Shown one piece after another: positions 1-14,372 of a DNA stretch of 64,000 nucleotides. The stretch is from Octopus vulgaris. Taxonomy: Eukaryota. The stretch is taken from the NCBI GenBank assembly GCA_951406725.2, contig OX597836.1, positions 5,332,001-5,396,000 on the forward strand. Direction: 5' to 3'. The position numbers and the translations under genes are program-made. Position 1 is the first letter of the stretch, and every line of letters starts with the position of its first letter. Under the pieces are notes generated by a model. That model did no database searches and was not told the origin of the DNA. It worked only from the letters and a program-made list of their open reading frames with translations.

Positions 1-570
1 TGGCGCTATTTGGGGGCATTGGTGTAGGAATGAGAGTAGATTCAGCTGAACTCTCATTCTGACTCCAATGGCCGAAAACTAGCAACACGCTGGTGCCAAG
101 AGTACCACGCAGTTCGAATCAAACTGTTTTAATCCACACGCAAGATATATGATGACTCATGGCCGAATGGTTAGGGTGTGGTCCAAAACCTAGCTTGAGT
201 GGTGCATTGCCTGCCTTCTTGAGCAAAACCCTTCGGCTCATGTGGCTCTCACATAGTGGTGTTTGTATACGAAAATTTCTAACATTCAGCGGTAACTCTA
301 AATATCAAGAATTACCTGAAGAGATCTTTTAATAGGGATTAAATTGCCCTGAGAAGACAAAAGGTAACACATATTATTAACTTATTAAACCTTTATTAGA
401 TTTGGTAGTATTTCATGGTTACTAAGCGAAATAGGGTGATTCTACCAGCACTGAATATATATATATATATATGCTTCTCTCTTACAAGATGCCATCCTCA
501 AAACATGAACTTACTTCTGCATTAATTATTGACTGCAGATATGCGTGTGGATGCGCGTGTGAGTGTGTCT

Positions 571-619
<49 letters not shown>

Positions 620-793
620 CAATAAAAATGCTTGAAGATTATTCATTACCGTTATTACTGTGTAATTATCTCCCAATTTTGTCAGATTATTTCTATGATG
701 CGAAGTTGCTGTCGTAAGCCGTACAGCTTATTAGAGAATTTCATACGGAATAACACACTCTCTTCCTCCCTCTCTCTCCCTTTCCTTGTGTGG

Positions 794-893
<100 letters not shown>

Positions 894-927
894 TAATAGT
901 ATGTATATATGTATGTATATATATTAG

Positions 928-966
<39 letters not shown>

Positions 967-1053
967 GTATGTGTTTGTGTGTGAGAGAGAGCACGTACAT
1001 ACGTACATATATACATACGTATGTATGTATATGTATAGAGAAAAAACGACATT

Positions 1054-1122
1054 AATAGATAGATAGATAGATAGATAGACATAGATAGAAAGAGAGATAG
1101 ATAGATAGATAGATAGATAGAC

Positions 1123-1186
<64 letters not shown>
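1054..1186. repeat. (AGAT)n microsatellite, preceded by (TG)n ~573-615 and (TA)n ~796-965
   Basis: Direct tandem repeats visible; the overlapping ORFs are low-complexity translations. Confidence 0.95.
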
Positions 1187-1187
<1 letters not shown>

Positions 1188-1671
1188 TTCACATTCTCTC
1201 TCTGTCTCATTCTGTGAATCGGTAATGTCTTTAAGAAGCTTCTGGATAAATGGCGCTTTAGTCATTAGACCGAAAATGACTGAGTCTACTCGAATCTCCA
1301 TGAACACTTAACGCAACAGGAAGATTTGTGGCCGAAAAGTCACATCCCATTATGAATGACGGCCATATTCAGTTGATTCTAAAGGCAATACCCAGCATCA
1401 AAAGGAAAATAAATAAATATTACGGATAGATCCTTTGTATGGCGCTTTACAACACGACTACAAACCTACACAGCGCATTCAACAATATGAATCATCACAA
1501 TAAAACGGTGAAGCAGTTTTGTTTGAATAACGAGTATAATATAGAGAGATATTTGCGAATATTGATATTGCAATAAAGCCATAATTTTTATAAATATACA
1601 CTGAAATGTCCACTGGAAATGGTGAGTGGTCTGGCAAGGCATTAAATGCTCGTGTCCATTAGGAAAGTACG

Positions 1672-2010
1672 GGTGGTGGTGGTTGTTTTGGTGGTGGTAG
1701 TTGTATTAGTGGTGGTGGTAGTGATAGTCGTGGTAGTAGAAGTGAGGGTGGCGATGGAGGTAGCGGTGGGGGTAGTGGTATTTCCAGTTGTGTTGGCGGA
1801 GGCGCTGGTATTTGCAGGTGGTTATCGCGGTGGTGTTTCTTGTGATAGAGGTGGTGGTTGTGGTGGCGGTGGTGGTGGTGGTGGCAGTAGAGGTGGTAGT
1901 GGTGGTGGTGGTGGCTGTGGTGGTGGCGGTGGTAGTGGTGGTGATGGTGGTGGTAGTAGTTGTTGTGGAGGCGGCGGTGGTGGTGGTGGTGGTAGTGGTG
2001 ATGCTGGTGA
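1672..2010. repeat. Degenerate (GGT)n low-complexity tract
   Basis: GGT/GTA/GTT triplet runs giving poly-Gly/Val/His/Pro ORFs. Confidence 0.9.
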
Positions 2011-2049
2011 TTGTGTTGTAGATGTGACTGTGTTAATGGCACATAGGGG

Positions 2050-2367
2050 CACTCTTCAGGTTACCACAACAAGCGTTCCAGTTGATCTGCTGAACGGAAC
2101 AACCTGCACGCGACATTAACGTGCAATCGGCTGAGTACTCCACAAACACACATAGCCTTAAATTAGTTCTCAGTGATATTCAGCGTGAAACGAAATTTAA
2201 CATGGCTGACTCTTTGAAATACAGGTAAAATTCAAATGTGCTAGCTCAGCGGACTTGTCACAGTAGGAAAAAAATATCTTTCTGAAGTTCCCAACGCGCT
2301 GCCGGGAATCGAACTAAGATTCTTACGATTGTAAGCCGGATACCGTAACCACTATATCACAAGCCTT
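2050..2367 (-). mobile_element. tRNA-derived SINE, family D, diverged copy
   Basis: Reverse complement aligns along its length with 52851-53171 (GTTCGATTC B-box, GTGGAGTACTC..GCACGTTAAT, GTAACC tail). Confidence 0.8.
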
Positions 2368-2554
2368 TACTATGACATATATACATACACCGAGAACAAT
2401 TTCAAGACTACTCCTGCGCATTGATCGACACCTGGTGACACCCATAGGGAGAAAAACTCAGTAACAGTCCTATATTCGTAAACTATTAAATCAAAGTAAC
2501 CTCAACGACGTTCGACTATCTAGAATTAGCAGCTAAATCACCCTCAATAGCATA

Positions 2555-2779
2555 CTCTTTTACTCTTTTACTTGTTTCAGTCATTTGACTGCGACCATGC
2601 TGGAGCACCGCCTTTAGTCGAGCAAATCGACCCCGGGACTTATTGTTCTTTGTAAGCCCAGTACTCATTCTATCGGTCTCTTTTGCCGAACCGCTAAGTG
2701 ACGGGGACGTAAACACACCAGCATCGGTTGTCAAGCAATGCTAGGGGGACAAACACAGACACACAAACACATACACACT

Positions 2780-2838
<59 letters not shown>

Positions 2839-3003
2839 TACGACAGGCTTCTTTCAGTTTCCGTCTACCAAATCCACTCACAAGGCATTGGTCGGCCCGG
2901 GGCTATAGCAGAAGACACTTGCCCAAGATGCCACGCAGTGGGACTGAACCCGGAACCATGTGGTTGGTTAGCAAGCTACTTACCACAGAGCCACTCCTGC
3001 GCC
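2555..3003 (-). mobile_element. tRNA-derived SINE, family A (octopus OK/OR-like), full length with internal (TA)n
   Basis: Minus strand: head GGAGTGGCTCTGTGGTAAG..GGTTCAGTCCC, CORE-like CTTGGGCAAGTGTCTT, tail GGCGGTGCTCCAGCATGG..ACTGAAACAAGTAAAAGAG repeat; partial copies at 22800-22950, 43623-43757, 54540-54760. Confidence 0.88.
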
Positions 3004-3248
3004 TATTGTTTTACAAAGAAGTACCTTACGTGCTTCAAAATTATGGCCACTCTTTGTATAATCTAAATCACATGACTCGTTGACCAGAATTAACCTGGAT
3101 CACAATTTTTAACGTTGACATTACGCCAAACGCAATGTTATGCAGGAATGTCCATATTGTCACACGATATGCAAGAAATAGCAACCAAATATGTATATCC
3201 GCGAATAGGTATTTTCATTGCCAGTGAATGTCAGCAAGCAATGAAATA

Positions 3249-3443
3249 CAGTAATCAGTCGCCGTATCGCGGTTCACCTATCGCGGTTTCTTATTTAAGC
3301 TTATGTCGGTTCCTCCGTGGAGTTGTTTTGCATTCATAACTAAAAGAATATATACAAATAATAGTAATAATAATAATAATGATAATAATAATAATAATGA
3401 TAATAATAATAATAATAATAATAATATGATGATGATGATGATG

Positions 3444-3489
<46 letters not shown>

Positions 3490-3584
3490 TAATAATAATA
3501 ATGATAATAATAATAATAATAATGATAATAATAATGATAATAATAATAATGATAATAGTAATAATAATAATGATGATGAGGATG

Positions 3585-3647
<63 letters not shown>

Positions 3648-3745
3648 TATATATATATAGTACAGTATTGTTTCTACTTCGTGGATTTTCACAAATCGTG
3701 GGGGAGTTTCGGAACGTAACACCCGCGATAGTCGAGGGATTCCTG
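3249..3745. mobile_element. Tc1/pogo(Tigger)-like MITE with an internal (AAT)n expansion
   Basis: TA-CAGTAATC..TATCGCGG left end and CCGCGATAGTCGAGGGATTCCTG right end form imperfect TIRs; same left end at 33392. Confidence 0.75.
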
Positions 3746-4668
3746 GATATTCAATGGCAAAACTCTCTTGTTTTACAACCGCAGTTCAGAATAACTTCCA
3801 AGTAATAACATTCAATCTCTGTGTGGCTTTATTATCCAAATGATATGCATTTATCTCTCTTGTAGACACAATATGCTTTAAGAGAAAGCATAACGGTAGA
3901 ATCCTTTATCCTATGCATATAATTCCTTTCTGAGATACAGGTAGACGGAAAGACGCCACGCACGCTAAAGAATTTCTTGAGGCAAATTTTTAAATGAAGT
4001 ATTTTTATTCATTAATTTCAATTTTTAATTTCATATTAATTTTCTGTATATATTTATAATTTTTTTGCCTAACTAATTTACGTTATTTTATTTCACTCTC
4101 ATTTCACATTATTCCGCCATTTATTACGCCACACAGAAATACACACACACACACACATACGCACACATATATATGAATGCATGTCTATATAAATATATAT
4201 ATGTTTGCGTGTGTGTGTGTGTGTGTGTATTGTACAGTTATACATATATAATTATATGTATTTGTATATGTATTTATATATATATATATACATATATATT
4301 TTTTATTTATTTATCATATCACGCATGTAGGTGTGTGTGAGTAAGCCTGTGTGCATATATGTGTGCGATATGCATGCGTGTGCCATCTCGTGCGTCTGTG
4401 CATTTCGTTCTATTGTCGTACCTTCCAACTACTTCTTCAAATAATCCCTTTCTACTTTTTTGGCCGATAGGATTATAATAAATTCAATTAATCTTTTGAT
4501 AACGTAGCCATTAATCCATAATATCAAGATTAAATGTTGGCAATTTTACCAGACATGTCTCAGTCAGGATCGTAGAAGTTTGAGTCTAACATGTTCGCTA
4601 AAACAGGGAAGTCCTACACCGTATATATATATATATGTATATATTATACTATATATAAATATATATGT

Positions 4669-4984
4669 GGAGGCGCAATGGCCCAGTGGTTAGGGCAGCG
4701 GACACGCGGTCGTAGGATCGCGGTTTCGATTCCCAGACCAGGCGTTGTGAGTATTTACTGAGCAGAAACACCTAAAAAAGCTCCACGAGGCTCCGGCAGG
4801 GGGTGGTGATCCCTGCTGTACTCTTTCACCACTCTTTCTCCCACTCTTTCTTCTGTTGGCTTGCTCGCTTAGCGAGCGGGGTGGCGTCATTCGAAGGCTA
4901 AAACGATGCGAACGCATTGTGACCAGCGAAGTGTAATAACATCTGATGGTCTGGTCGGTCACGGTGATCACGGTGACGGTGATA
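4669..4984 (+). mobile_element. tRNA-derived SINE, family C, full length
   Basis: A-box TGGCCCAGTGG, B-box-like GGTTTCGATTCC; first ~160 bp nearly identical to 49730-49890; CACGGTGA tail repeats; ATAAATATATA on both flanks. Confidence 0.88.
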
Positions 4985-5254
4985 AATATATATAGATAGA
5001 TATATGTATCTATGCATGTATGTATATTCGTGTAATTTTGCTCATCTATGTACAGAAAAAGACATGTGTATGCACTCATGCGCAGGCACAGCCCATATAC
5101 GCTTGTGTATAAGTGTATATATTGAGTGTCTCTGGGGGGGGGGGGCGTGTGCTTGTGTGTATCTATGTATGTGTATGTGTGTAGCAAGAGATGGAGAGGA
5201 GGAAGAGTGGCAGGCAGGGGGACGAGAGCGAGGAAGGATGGAAGGAAGGAAGGG

Positions 5255-5255
<1 letters not shown>

Positions 5256-5320
<65 letters not shown>

Positions 5321-5321
5321 G

Positions 5322-5393
<72 letters not shown>
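5256..5393. repeat. (AGAT)n microsatellite
   Basis: Direct tandem repeat. Confidence 0.95.
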
Positions 5394-5394
<1 letters not shown>

Positions 5395-5596
5395 GATTAT
5401 ATATCATGTTTGTAGGAATAACAGTATTCGGAAATCTTGTATATTCTTCGACGCAAAGTAGGGAATGTATCCTTGAGTCTGTTTATTCACCATTATGAAA
5501 GTTTTTCGAGAGCTGCAGTAAGTATTTCGCAACAACACTAAACCGAGCAATTTAGACCATCAACGCGGAAGTCGATTGTGAAGACGGGGGTGAAGG

Positions 5597-6705
5597 AAGA
5601 AGAAGAAAAGGAAGAAGATGATGATGATGAAGAAGAAGAATAGAAAGAAGAAGAATAGAAAGAAGAAGAAGAAGAAGAAGAAGAAGAAGAAGAAGAAGAA
5701 GAAGAAGCAGAAGAAGAAGAAGAAGAAGAAGAAGAAGAAGAGACAGAGTAAAAGAGGGGAATATTGAAAGAGCACGAAATGAAGGCAACCTATTGCCTCT
5801 TCACCCAAACACTCCCCGTTGAGCAATTACCATTAATTATAAGGATATCAATTGATGTTTGGAAATGATACATCAATAGGAACACGAGATGAAGAGGTGG
5901 GAGATGAGGCTGACGGTGGTGGCGGTGGTGGTGTTGGTGATCGGTGATCGGTGATGTGATGGTGGTGGGTGTGACATTTGTGGTGTTGGTGATGATGGCG
6001 TTTGAGCAGGATGAAGTGTTTGTGGTGACGATGAAAAATAATAGTTTATGGCGATGATGATGACGATGGTTGTGGTGGTGGTCGTCGTCGTCGTGATGAT
6101 GTTGAAGACTGTGATGATGATGAGGAGGAGGAGGGGAATAAGATGATAATGATGATGATGATGAGGGTGATGGTGGTGATGATAGTGGTGGTGGTGTTGG
6201 TGGTGGTGGTGATGAGTAGGAGGAAGAAGAGGGGGATAATGGTGATGATGATGATCGTGATGATGACGATGACGAGATGTGTTGATGATGATGATGATGC
6301 TACTGCTGCTGGTGATGATGATGATGATGAGAGGATGATGAGAATGATGACATTGGTGACGATGTTGTTGGTGGTGGTGGTGGCGGTTGTAGCAATGTCG
6401 ATGACAACAACGACGACGACGATGACGACGAAGAAGAAGAAGAAGAAGAAGAAGAAGAAGAAGAAGAAGAAGAAGAAGAAGAAGAAGAAGGAAGAAGAAG
6501 AAGAAGAAGAAGAAGAAGAAGAAGAAGAAGAAGAAGAAGAAGAAGAAGAAGAAGAAGAAGAAGAAGAAGAAGAAGAAGAAGAAGAAGAAGAAGAAGAAGA
6601 AGAAGAAGAAGAAGAAGAAGAAGAAGAAGAAGAAGAAGAAGAAGAAGAAGAAGAAGAAGAAGAAGAAGAAGAAGAAGAAGAAGAAGAAGAAGAAGAAGAA
6701 GAAGA
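5597..6705. repeat. Compound triplet region: (GAA)n, degenerate GAT/GGT tract, then ~275 bp of almost pure (GAA)n at 6430-6705
   Basis: Direct inspection; poly-E/K/F/L ORFs are artefacts. Confidence 0.95.
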
Positions 6706-7317
6706 ATGCTAGAATGTAAGAAAAACTGAACATGAATCAATAACGCCAAAACTTAGAAACCACAACCACAACCACAACCACAACCAGAATCGCAAGATGA
6801 TAAAAAATAAGAAGTCGACGAAATTCAAAGGAAAAATTAGCGAAACAAAAATTGGGAAATAGAAAATAAAATCAACACAGCTCGAAGCAAGCTAAGAAAG
6901 TTTAAATGCCAAAGCTAGAACACGCCCAATAAAGATTAATCTAATTAATTAACTTTATTCCAATTGGCGGTTCTGGGAGGGGAAAATAATGGCGGCGTGT
7001 GTAGTGGAGTAGTATAGAATGTCGTAAACCTCCACAAGGAATTCAAGAAGCATTCGTAGTAATTTATCATTGACTTTGTTCTGCGCAATTAGCTTTTTTT
7101 CCTCGTATGTAAATGATGTACGTGAAGGTTGCGTGGCGGCTTTTGAAAATGACTGAATACAAGTAAGAATGTGGCGAGGGTTGCCTATTAGAATGTGAGG
7201 TTGTGTTGGCGTATATAAACGTGTGCATGAGTGTTGCGACTGAACGCATTTGGTTTTCTCGTTAGAATGTTGGGCGCTCGATCGCAAAAGAGTAGGTTCG
7301 ATTTGTAGACAATTAAT

Positions 7318-7570
7318 TCATTCATTGTTCGACCGTGGTCGAACAATGGAATTTACTATGTTACGCCAGACCTCACGGTCCATCATAGCATTACGGAGGT
7401 CCTGTTGCTGGATGCCTGTATCCCTGGAGATTGCATATGGTTAGGAGAGTATGCGCCCTTTGGTATCGCGAGCAGATGGCTTCCAGAGAAAGAGTAGAAA
7501 TTACCTCGTTTTCAGCTCTACGACAATGTCCAGCAAACTGGACTCTTCTAACTTTCACAACAGATGAGAT
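7318..7570 (-). mobile_element. RTE-clade LINE 3' end, family RTE-a, decayed
   Basis: Reverse complement matches 35984-36233 (RRVQFAGHC..DREVWR..STTVEQ*). Confidence 0.85.
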
Positions 7571-7596
7571 GATAGATTTGTGGACAAATTGTCACA

Positions 7597-8040
7597 GTAC
7601 TTACTTGTACTTTTACTTGTGACGGCGTTCAACCCATGGTGGGTTGAGCCGGCTTCTTTTCTGGTCCTGACGGCATCACGAACCATGGCGGCCCACGCTC
7701 GACGGTCCTGTGCGAGGTCACTGGAGATAGCGAGCCATTCGCGGTTCCATCTGCGCAGACCGACCACCTGTGGACCTGAGAGTTCGGAGAGTCCTCCTTT
7801 ATCGTCATTGCCCAGGTCTTCAGCTGCCCACCCGTGCGTTTGCGCCAGCTGGGAAGTGGAGGTGGGAGGAGGACATCGCGAATCTGCTCACCCTCTGGAC
7901 GCCGGGCCGCATGACCATACCACCTTAAGTACCGTTGTAGAAGCACCGAAGGGAGGGGCCAGAGATTCAGGCGATGACGAACACCGGCTGTAGGAACCCG
8001 ATCGATGCATCGGCAGCGAAGAATGCGGCGGAATACGGAA
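7597..8040 (-). mobile_element. RTE-clade LINE 3' end, family RTE-b, one frameshift
   Basis: RRILRC..LQRYLRWYGHAARRPEG..KTW..then LAQDRRAWAAMVRD; typical RTE post-RT C-terminus; short tandem tail (ACAAGTA)n. Confidence 0.87.
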
Positions 8041-8394
8041 TCTTCTATGAAAATTGTCGCAGTGGCGCAGTGGAGCAGTGGTCCCTTGATCCTTGATAAA
8101 AGCAATTTATTCCCGTTTGTGCCTGCCTATTCCTTTCCACCTGTGCCAGCCTCTGACTTGTTTCTAATTTTATCGCCCCCGGAAGAACTGCACAACAAAT
8201 AAATATCGCAAAGCGTTTTATTTGACGTTCTGACGATTCTACTAACGCTTATCAACCCACGAACTGGACATGTACTTAGTTTATCAAACCCCAAATAAGG
8301 AAAAATAGAAACTTGGCATCGGTAGGGTTTGAACTCAGATTATAAAATGCCGTAACTAAATACCACGAAGTATTTTGTACAAGAGGACAACTAA

Positions 8395-8916
8395 TAATAA
8401 TAATGGTTTCAAATTTTGCCACAAGGGAAGCCATTTTAGGGGAGGGAATCTGTCGATTATATCGACCCCACTGTTCAACTGCTACTTAATTTATCGACCC
8501 CGAAAGAATGAAAAGCAAAGTGGATCTCGGCGGAATTTGAACTCAGAACGTAAAGACAGACGTAATACCTATTTCTTTACTGCCCATAAGGGGCTAAACA
8601 CAGAGAGGACAAACAAGGACAGAAAAACGGATTAAGTCGATTATATCGACTCCAGTGCGTAACTGGTACTTATTTAATCGACCCCGAAAGGATGTGTTTA
8701 GCCCTTTGTGGGTAGTAAAGAAATAGAAATACGTATTTCGTCTGTCTTTATGTTCGGAGTTCAAATTCCACCGAGGTCGACTTTGCCTTTCATCTTTTCG
8801 AGGTCGATTAAATAAGTACCAGTCAATCACTGGGGTCGATATAATCGACTTAATCCCCTTGTTTGTCCTTGTTTGTCCTTTCTATGTTTAGTCCCTTGTG
8901 GGCAATAAAGAAATAA
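8395..8916. mobile_element. SINE family B cluster: tandem units on minus (8395-8693) abutting tandem units on plus (8694-8916)
   Basis: Motifs GAGTTCAAATTCC, GTCGACTTTGCCTTTCATC, AAGTACCAG, GGGGTCGAT and tail CCCTTGTGGG..AAAGAAATA in both orientations. Confidence 0.88.
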
Positions 8917-9240
8917 AAAAAAAGAAAAGTGGAAGCAAAATATACGCTACGAAGTCGTACTCACTTGCAAGTGACGATTAGTCATATACATGTCTATAAA
9001 TGTACATATATTTGTATACATATTTTTTTGTTCTATTTTCCTTCGCAATTTTTTTTTATATGGGCCAAACGTATCGTATGAAATACGCAGACATACACAT
9101 ATTCAGTTAAACCAAAATATGAAAGTATTTATTATGTGAAAATGTAATTTTGTACGGTTGTTATCATTCGTGTGGGTTCATAGAGCAACTCAATTTATTC
9201 ATTTAATTTAAAAAGTTAAAGATGCTTTAATTATAAATAT

Positions 9241-9298
<58 letters not shown>

Positions 9299-9333
9299 AT
9301 TATACATAGATATGCCTATGTGTGCATGCTTGT

Positions 9334-9416
<83 letters not shown>

Positions 9417-11996
9417 CATATATATATATACATACATGCACACACACTCATATATATATGTACATCTATGTATATTTATTTATATATTTGTATGTATGTA
9501 TGTATCTATCTATCTATATATATATATATGAATGAAAGCAATTCTAAAGCCAACACATCCATGTGTTAAATTCATTTTCCTCTTATATTTTCAATTGTCA
9601 AACCTTTATCGTTGCACAATTAACACAGATTCACAACGTGGCCGAGTGAGTAGGTCACAGGCATACAATAGAAATTTTGACGCTTCAAGCGTTTATAGAA
9701 AATTGAATTTTACAGCTTTTTTTGTTCGTCTACTTTCTTTCGTGTAAATGTGCTACGATGGTATAATTGCTTGTATTTGATGAATTCTTAGAGCTATTCA
9801 TCTAATTGTCCAACACAACAACGAAAAATGTTATACTTTAAAAAAAGTATTAGAAAATTCTAGAAAATATATTAATTATCAAGAACGAATTTTTAACAAA
9901 TATTCGTGTGATACTTTAGTTTACCTTTGCAGACCTTTTGGTTTCATGCAATTCACACACTCAAGGGCAGTGGAAAAGTAGTTCAAGCCCTCCAGCATTG
10001 AGATTACTCTGACAAATATAATGCTTATTTATAAATATTGTTTTGAAGTAATCATGAATTATCTCGTAGCTTCGAGATTCCAAAGTTTTAATTGTTTATT
10101 TTTAAAATGCGATTGTTGGGTAGGCGTGAAAACCCGGATTTTATCAGTCAGAACACAATTCTCAGGACACGAAGATTATTTGGGACATATATGGCTAGAT
10201 TAAATGCCAAATGATTAAATAACCTTCCTTTACATAATAATTATGCATCTATATTTTGAAGGTTTTATAAAATTAGCATTGCTTGACCAATATTGTGGGG
10301 AGGCTTCGCCTTTTGGTCGAACTTGACAGATACTTGACAATTGAGTGTCTGACTATGAGTTCAATTCCGACATAAAGGAGAATTAGATTAAGCTTTTAAA
10401 ATATAAAAAAAAAACAGACCAATATTGTGAGGAGGGAGAGAGAGAGCGAGAGAGCAAGTATTTGGTACCAGTTTTATTTATGTGAGATATAATTAATATT
10501 TTTCTTGTATGCCAAATTTACCTTTTCCAACACATTCTGTGGAAGAACTAGCATAAATCAGTTCAATATATGCAAACCCAATATATGTCTCTGGTGACAA
10601 ATTCTATGGGTTAGCATTAAACGTGTTCAACTTCATTCAAATTCATATGAAATTAAATCGGAGAAGTGTTCTAACTAGATGAAGTCTCCAAGCAGATTAA
10701 ATGTACAAGTCTCCGATATCCAAGCGACTAAAAGGAGTCACGTGAAGGGTACTCAGGAGTCACAACCTGGATACAACTCGGCCCCTATGAGTGTAAGAAG
10801 TTAAAGGCCAAAACACTTGCCTGTGGACGGAGTACTTCTTCTCTTAAGTCCTGATGTTTAGCTCGCTTGAGAAATTCTTACCACGGGACAAAATTGTATT
10901 ATTTCCAAACATTTAACGCTTATATTCCGAAATCATCTGAATTATAAATATCAAAATAAGCTGGAAACGTATCAAATATATTTGTTAAAATAAATATCTT
11001 TCCGAAACTGAAGGCATTGAGAACTCAAAGATTTATGTGTTGTATAATTAACTGTATCCCATGATGTTTAGCACTTTTATAGTATTCACATAGGTTTATA
11101 AATATAACATAACAAGTTTGGATTAAATATGGTTTCGTATGTGCTTTAATAAATTATAAATCAACCAGGATTGTTCTCTTGTTTGATATTTTCTCAATGC
11201 CCCTTGCACTTAGATTTGTTGCGATACAATTACAGAATTCGTATTCATTTCAAAGAATACACGACCTCGAATTCTATGAGATATAAGGGCAGTGACCCGT
11301 TATTACCCAGTTTCATAGTCTGCAGTAAAGTGTCATAGAAATTCTGCTGAAGCTGATGGCAAAAACTATGGTTAGAAAGAAAATTTTTAACAATTATGTG
11401 TTACAGAATTCCAAGATGAGAATTGTAAAACAAGAATTTTATAGAGTCCCTGTATATTCATCTATTTGTATATTAGATTGACTGTTTAAATTCATCTCTA
11501 CAGATTTTCTATAGAATAGAGAGACAGCACCAAAAGTCCCGACGTTTCGAATCCGAATACGTCTGTGTAAATAATGCGATCGAAAACGCGCATACCTACT
11601 TTCATATATATAAAGTTTGTTTGTTTCTTCAACGTTTGATTGTAAATTTCTGTCGATTTATAGGTTATTTTTGTTTTCACATGTCAGCTTCTTATTTTCA
11701 TTATTTCACTATTTGTATTATATTTATTATGTTTGGAAATTCATAGCCAAGACAGCATAAAAATATTGCTAGGATGTTTAATGTCAATGTCAAAATCTTT
11801 AACGATGTGACAGGCGTATGTTTTACTTTAAATACATATAAATTGTCACCTAACATATTTCAGTAACGTAGATATTTAGTTCACGAACAATGGTAATGTG
11901 GAAATTCACACAGCCACATAAGCACACATACGTACGTATGCAATGCACATACACAAATGCTCAAGAGCATCCATATTGATATGTGCTTGCAACGGT

Positions 11997-12054
<58 letters not shown>

Positions 12055-12249
12055 ATGTATAAACACACACACATATATATATAAGCATATATACAAATGC
12101 GCATACATTTATGTAAACGTACATTTATATATATGTCTATATTATGTGTAACTATGTGAGTATATACCTATCTTCTATATATATATACATATGCATATGC
12201 ATGTATACATATATACATAATTAAATATAATTATATAGACAGAAAGAAA

Positions 12250-12629
<380 letters not shown>

Positions 12630-12961
12630 TTCTCACCGTTCCACTCAAGAACACCTATGCACACGAGATCCTCACGGCTTGTGATTTTACATTCACTGCG
12701 GATGCATCCTTCATAGAAATTTTACATGAGTTCACAACTATGTTGAACCATGTTTCACAGACAACAAACTACGCTCCATAGATGTTTTCCATCGTGTTAA
12801 CCTGTTCGATCTTCTGTAATACCTGCGTTCATTCCAGTAGCTTCTTTTATTTGTCTGCGGCCATGCACCAGCATTGGCGTCAAGGATTATTCAATAAATG
12901 ATATCGATTACTTTACTGAGAACTGTGCTGGGGTTATTTATCTAGAAAGTTCACCTTCGTA
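12630..12961 (-). mobile_element. Possible highly decayed mariner 5' end
   Basis: Minus strand begins TACGAAGGTGAACTT, like the TACGAGGG TIRs at 31960 and 55948; only faint coding remnants. Confidence 0.35.
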
Positions 12962-13001
12962 AAAACATCTACCTATGTGTGCTGAGCGTATGTGGTTACA
13001 C

Positions 13002-13089
<88 letters not shown>

Positions 13090-13115
13090 AAACTCACACA
13101 TATGCATTATAAATA

Positions 13116-13150
<35 letters not shown>

Positions 13151-13342
13151 GTATTCATCTATATATACGAATATCTATACACACACATATATATATATAT
13201 ATGCATATATATTTATATACTTTGGGTATGGTAGATGTATTCAGCAAAAATTTAGATTCAGTATGATGCTTAAACTGAGGCACCAGAGTTTAGTACGGTA
13301 TTATCCATAAAATTTTAAGTAAGGTGATTTGATTAAATATAC

Positions 13343-13434
<92 letters not shown>

Positions 13435-13461
13435 ATAGCCATTATATGCATATAGCTATTC

Positions 13462-13499
<38 letters not shown>

Positions 13500-13502
<3 letters not shown>

Positions 13503-13812
13503 CAATTGAGGATAAAATCTTTATAAGAAATTATCAGTAGTTAGCGTGAAAAACCTCATAAGAGAAAAAAATCTGTAAATTTTTCCACTTTGAAAATATT
13601 TATTTATATTATATTGAGGGTACTACTATTCGTAGATACCACACGCTAAGAGGGACCAATGCGGTCAAATCTACTAAAATAAACGAAATTTACCGAACGC
13701 AAAACTTCAAAGCAAATCATTTAAAAAAAGAATTTAGTAACATATCACCTGTGATTTCGCAATTAATGCAGAATATGCATTCTATGTTCATCAGTGCAAC
13801 AAACTCAAGATA
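13500..13812 (-). mobile_element. Penelope-like terminal-repeat (pLTR) fragment flanked by TA runs
   Basis: Contains a type I hammerhead motif; bounded by TATATA and (TA)n; abuts the truncation point of a mariner relic. Confidence 0.6.
13730..13806 (-). ncRNA. Type I hammerhead ribozyme motif
   Basis: GAGUUUGUUGCA-CUGAUGA-ACA..AAUGCA/UGCAUU..UGC-GAAA-UCAC AG GUGA-UA-UGUUACUAAAUUC; AUA site; A.C mismatch at 10.1/11.1. Confidence 0.75.
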
Positions 13813-13819
13813 TATAAGG

Positions 13820-14372
13820 AAAGACATAACGTGGGTGAAGACCTTCTGTAGGCATGGGTGCTTGTGTTTCTCCTTTCTATACTCAGTATCTTCGATGCTT
13901 GACATATTTATGGGGAACCCATTTCTCGTCTCCAGTCACTATTCGGTCGTGAGACGTGACAACGAAGAGGAGCACACATTCACTCTCTGCGCGCGAGAAG
14001 ACTCGGAAAATTTATGAGGAGTCTATTGACCCCCTTTGCTGACTCATCCGATGGTACGCACGTGTCGATAAATGCTTGAATGACCAAATCCAAGCTTTTC
14101 TACTAGTTCCTCAGCAGTTACGATGGGATTTTGTTCCACCAGGATTTGCATGATGCTCTAGTCGAGTTCTACAGATGTTTCAGGTTGAGGTTTGTCTTCT
14201 AGGCTGTAAATTCTGGCTAAGAATTTGTGGCACCACCGTTGACACTGGCTTACCCTTTCTGTCCGATCCCCATATACTGCATTAAAATTCTTCCCACTTT
14301 CCGTTACAATGTTGCCTTAATTGAACCCATAAAGCAAAATATGCCGAATATGCTCCTTTGTCGCTTATATTA
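13820..14372 (-). pseudogene. Mariner transposase relic (N-terminal HTH to first catalytic Asp)
   Basis: KEHIRHILLYGFN..AVYG..QRW..SLED..ELVEKLGFGHSSIYRH..IG..PHK..DRIVTGDEKW with stops and frameshifts. Confidence 0.92.

Noticed and set aside
4669-4745. tRNA gene-like sequences (also at 49730 and 52851)
   Set aside because: They run into SINE bodies and tails and have imperfect cloverleaves, so they are SINE heads.
11535-11572. Minus-strand GAAACGTC half-hammerhead (a similar weak case at ~30395-30460)
   Set aside because: The CUGANGA block has two or more mismatches and the stems are unconvincing.
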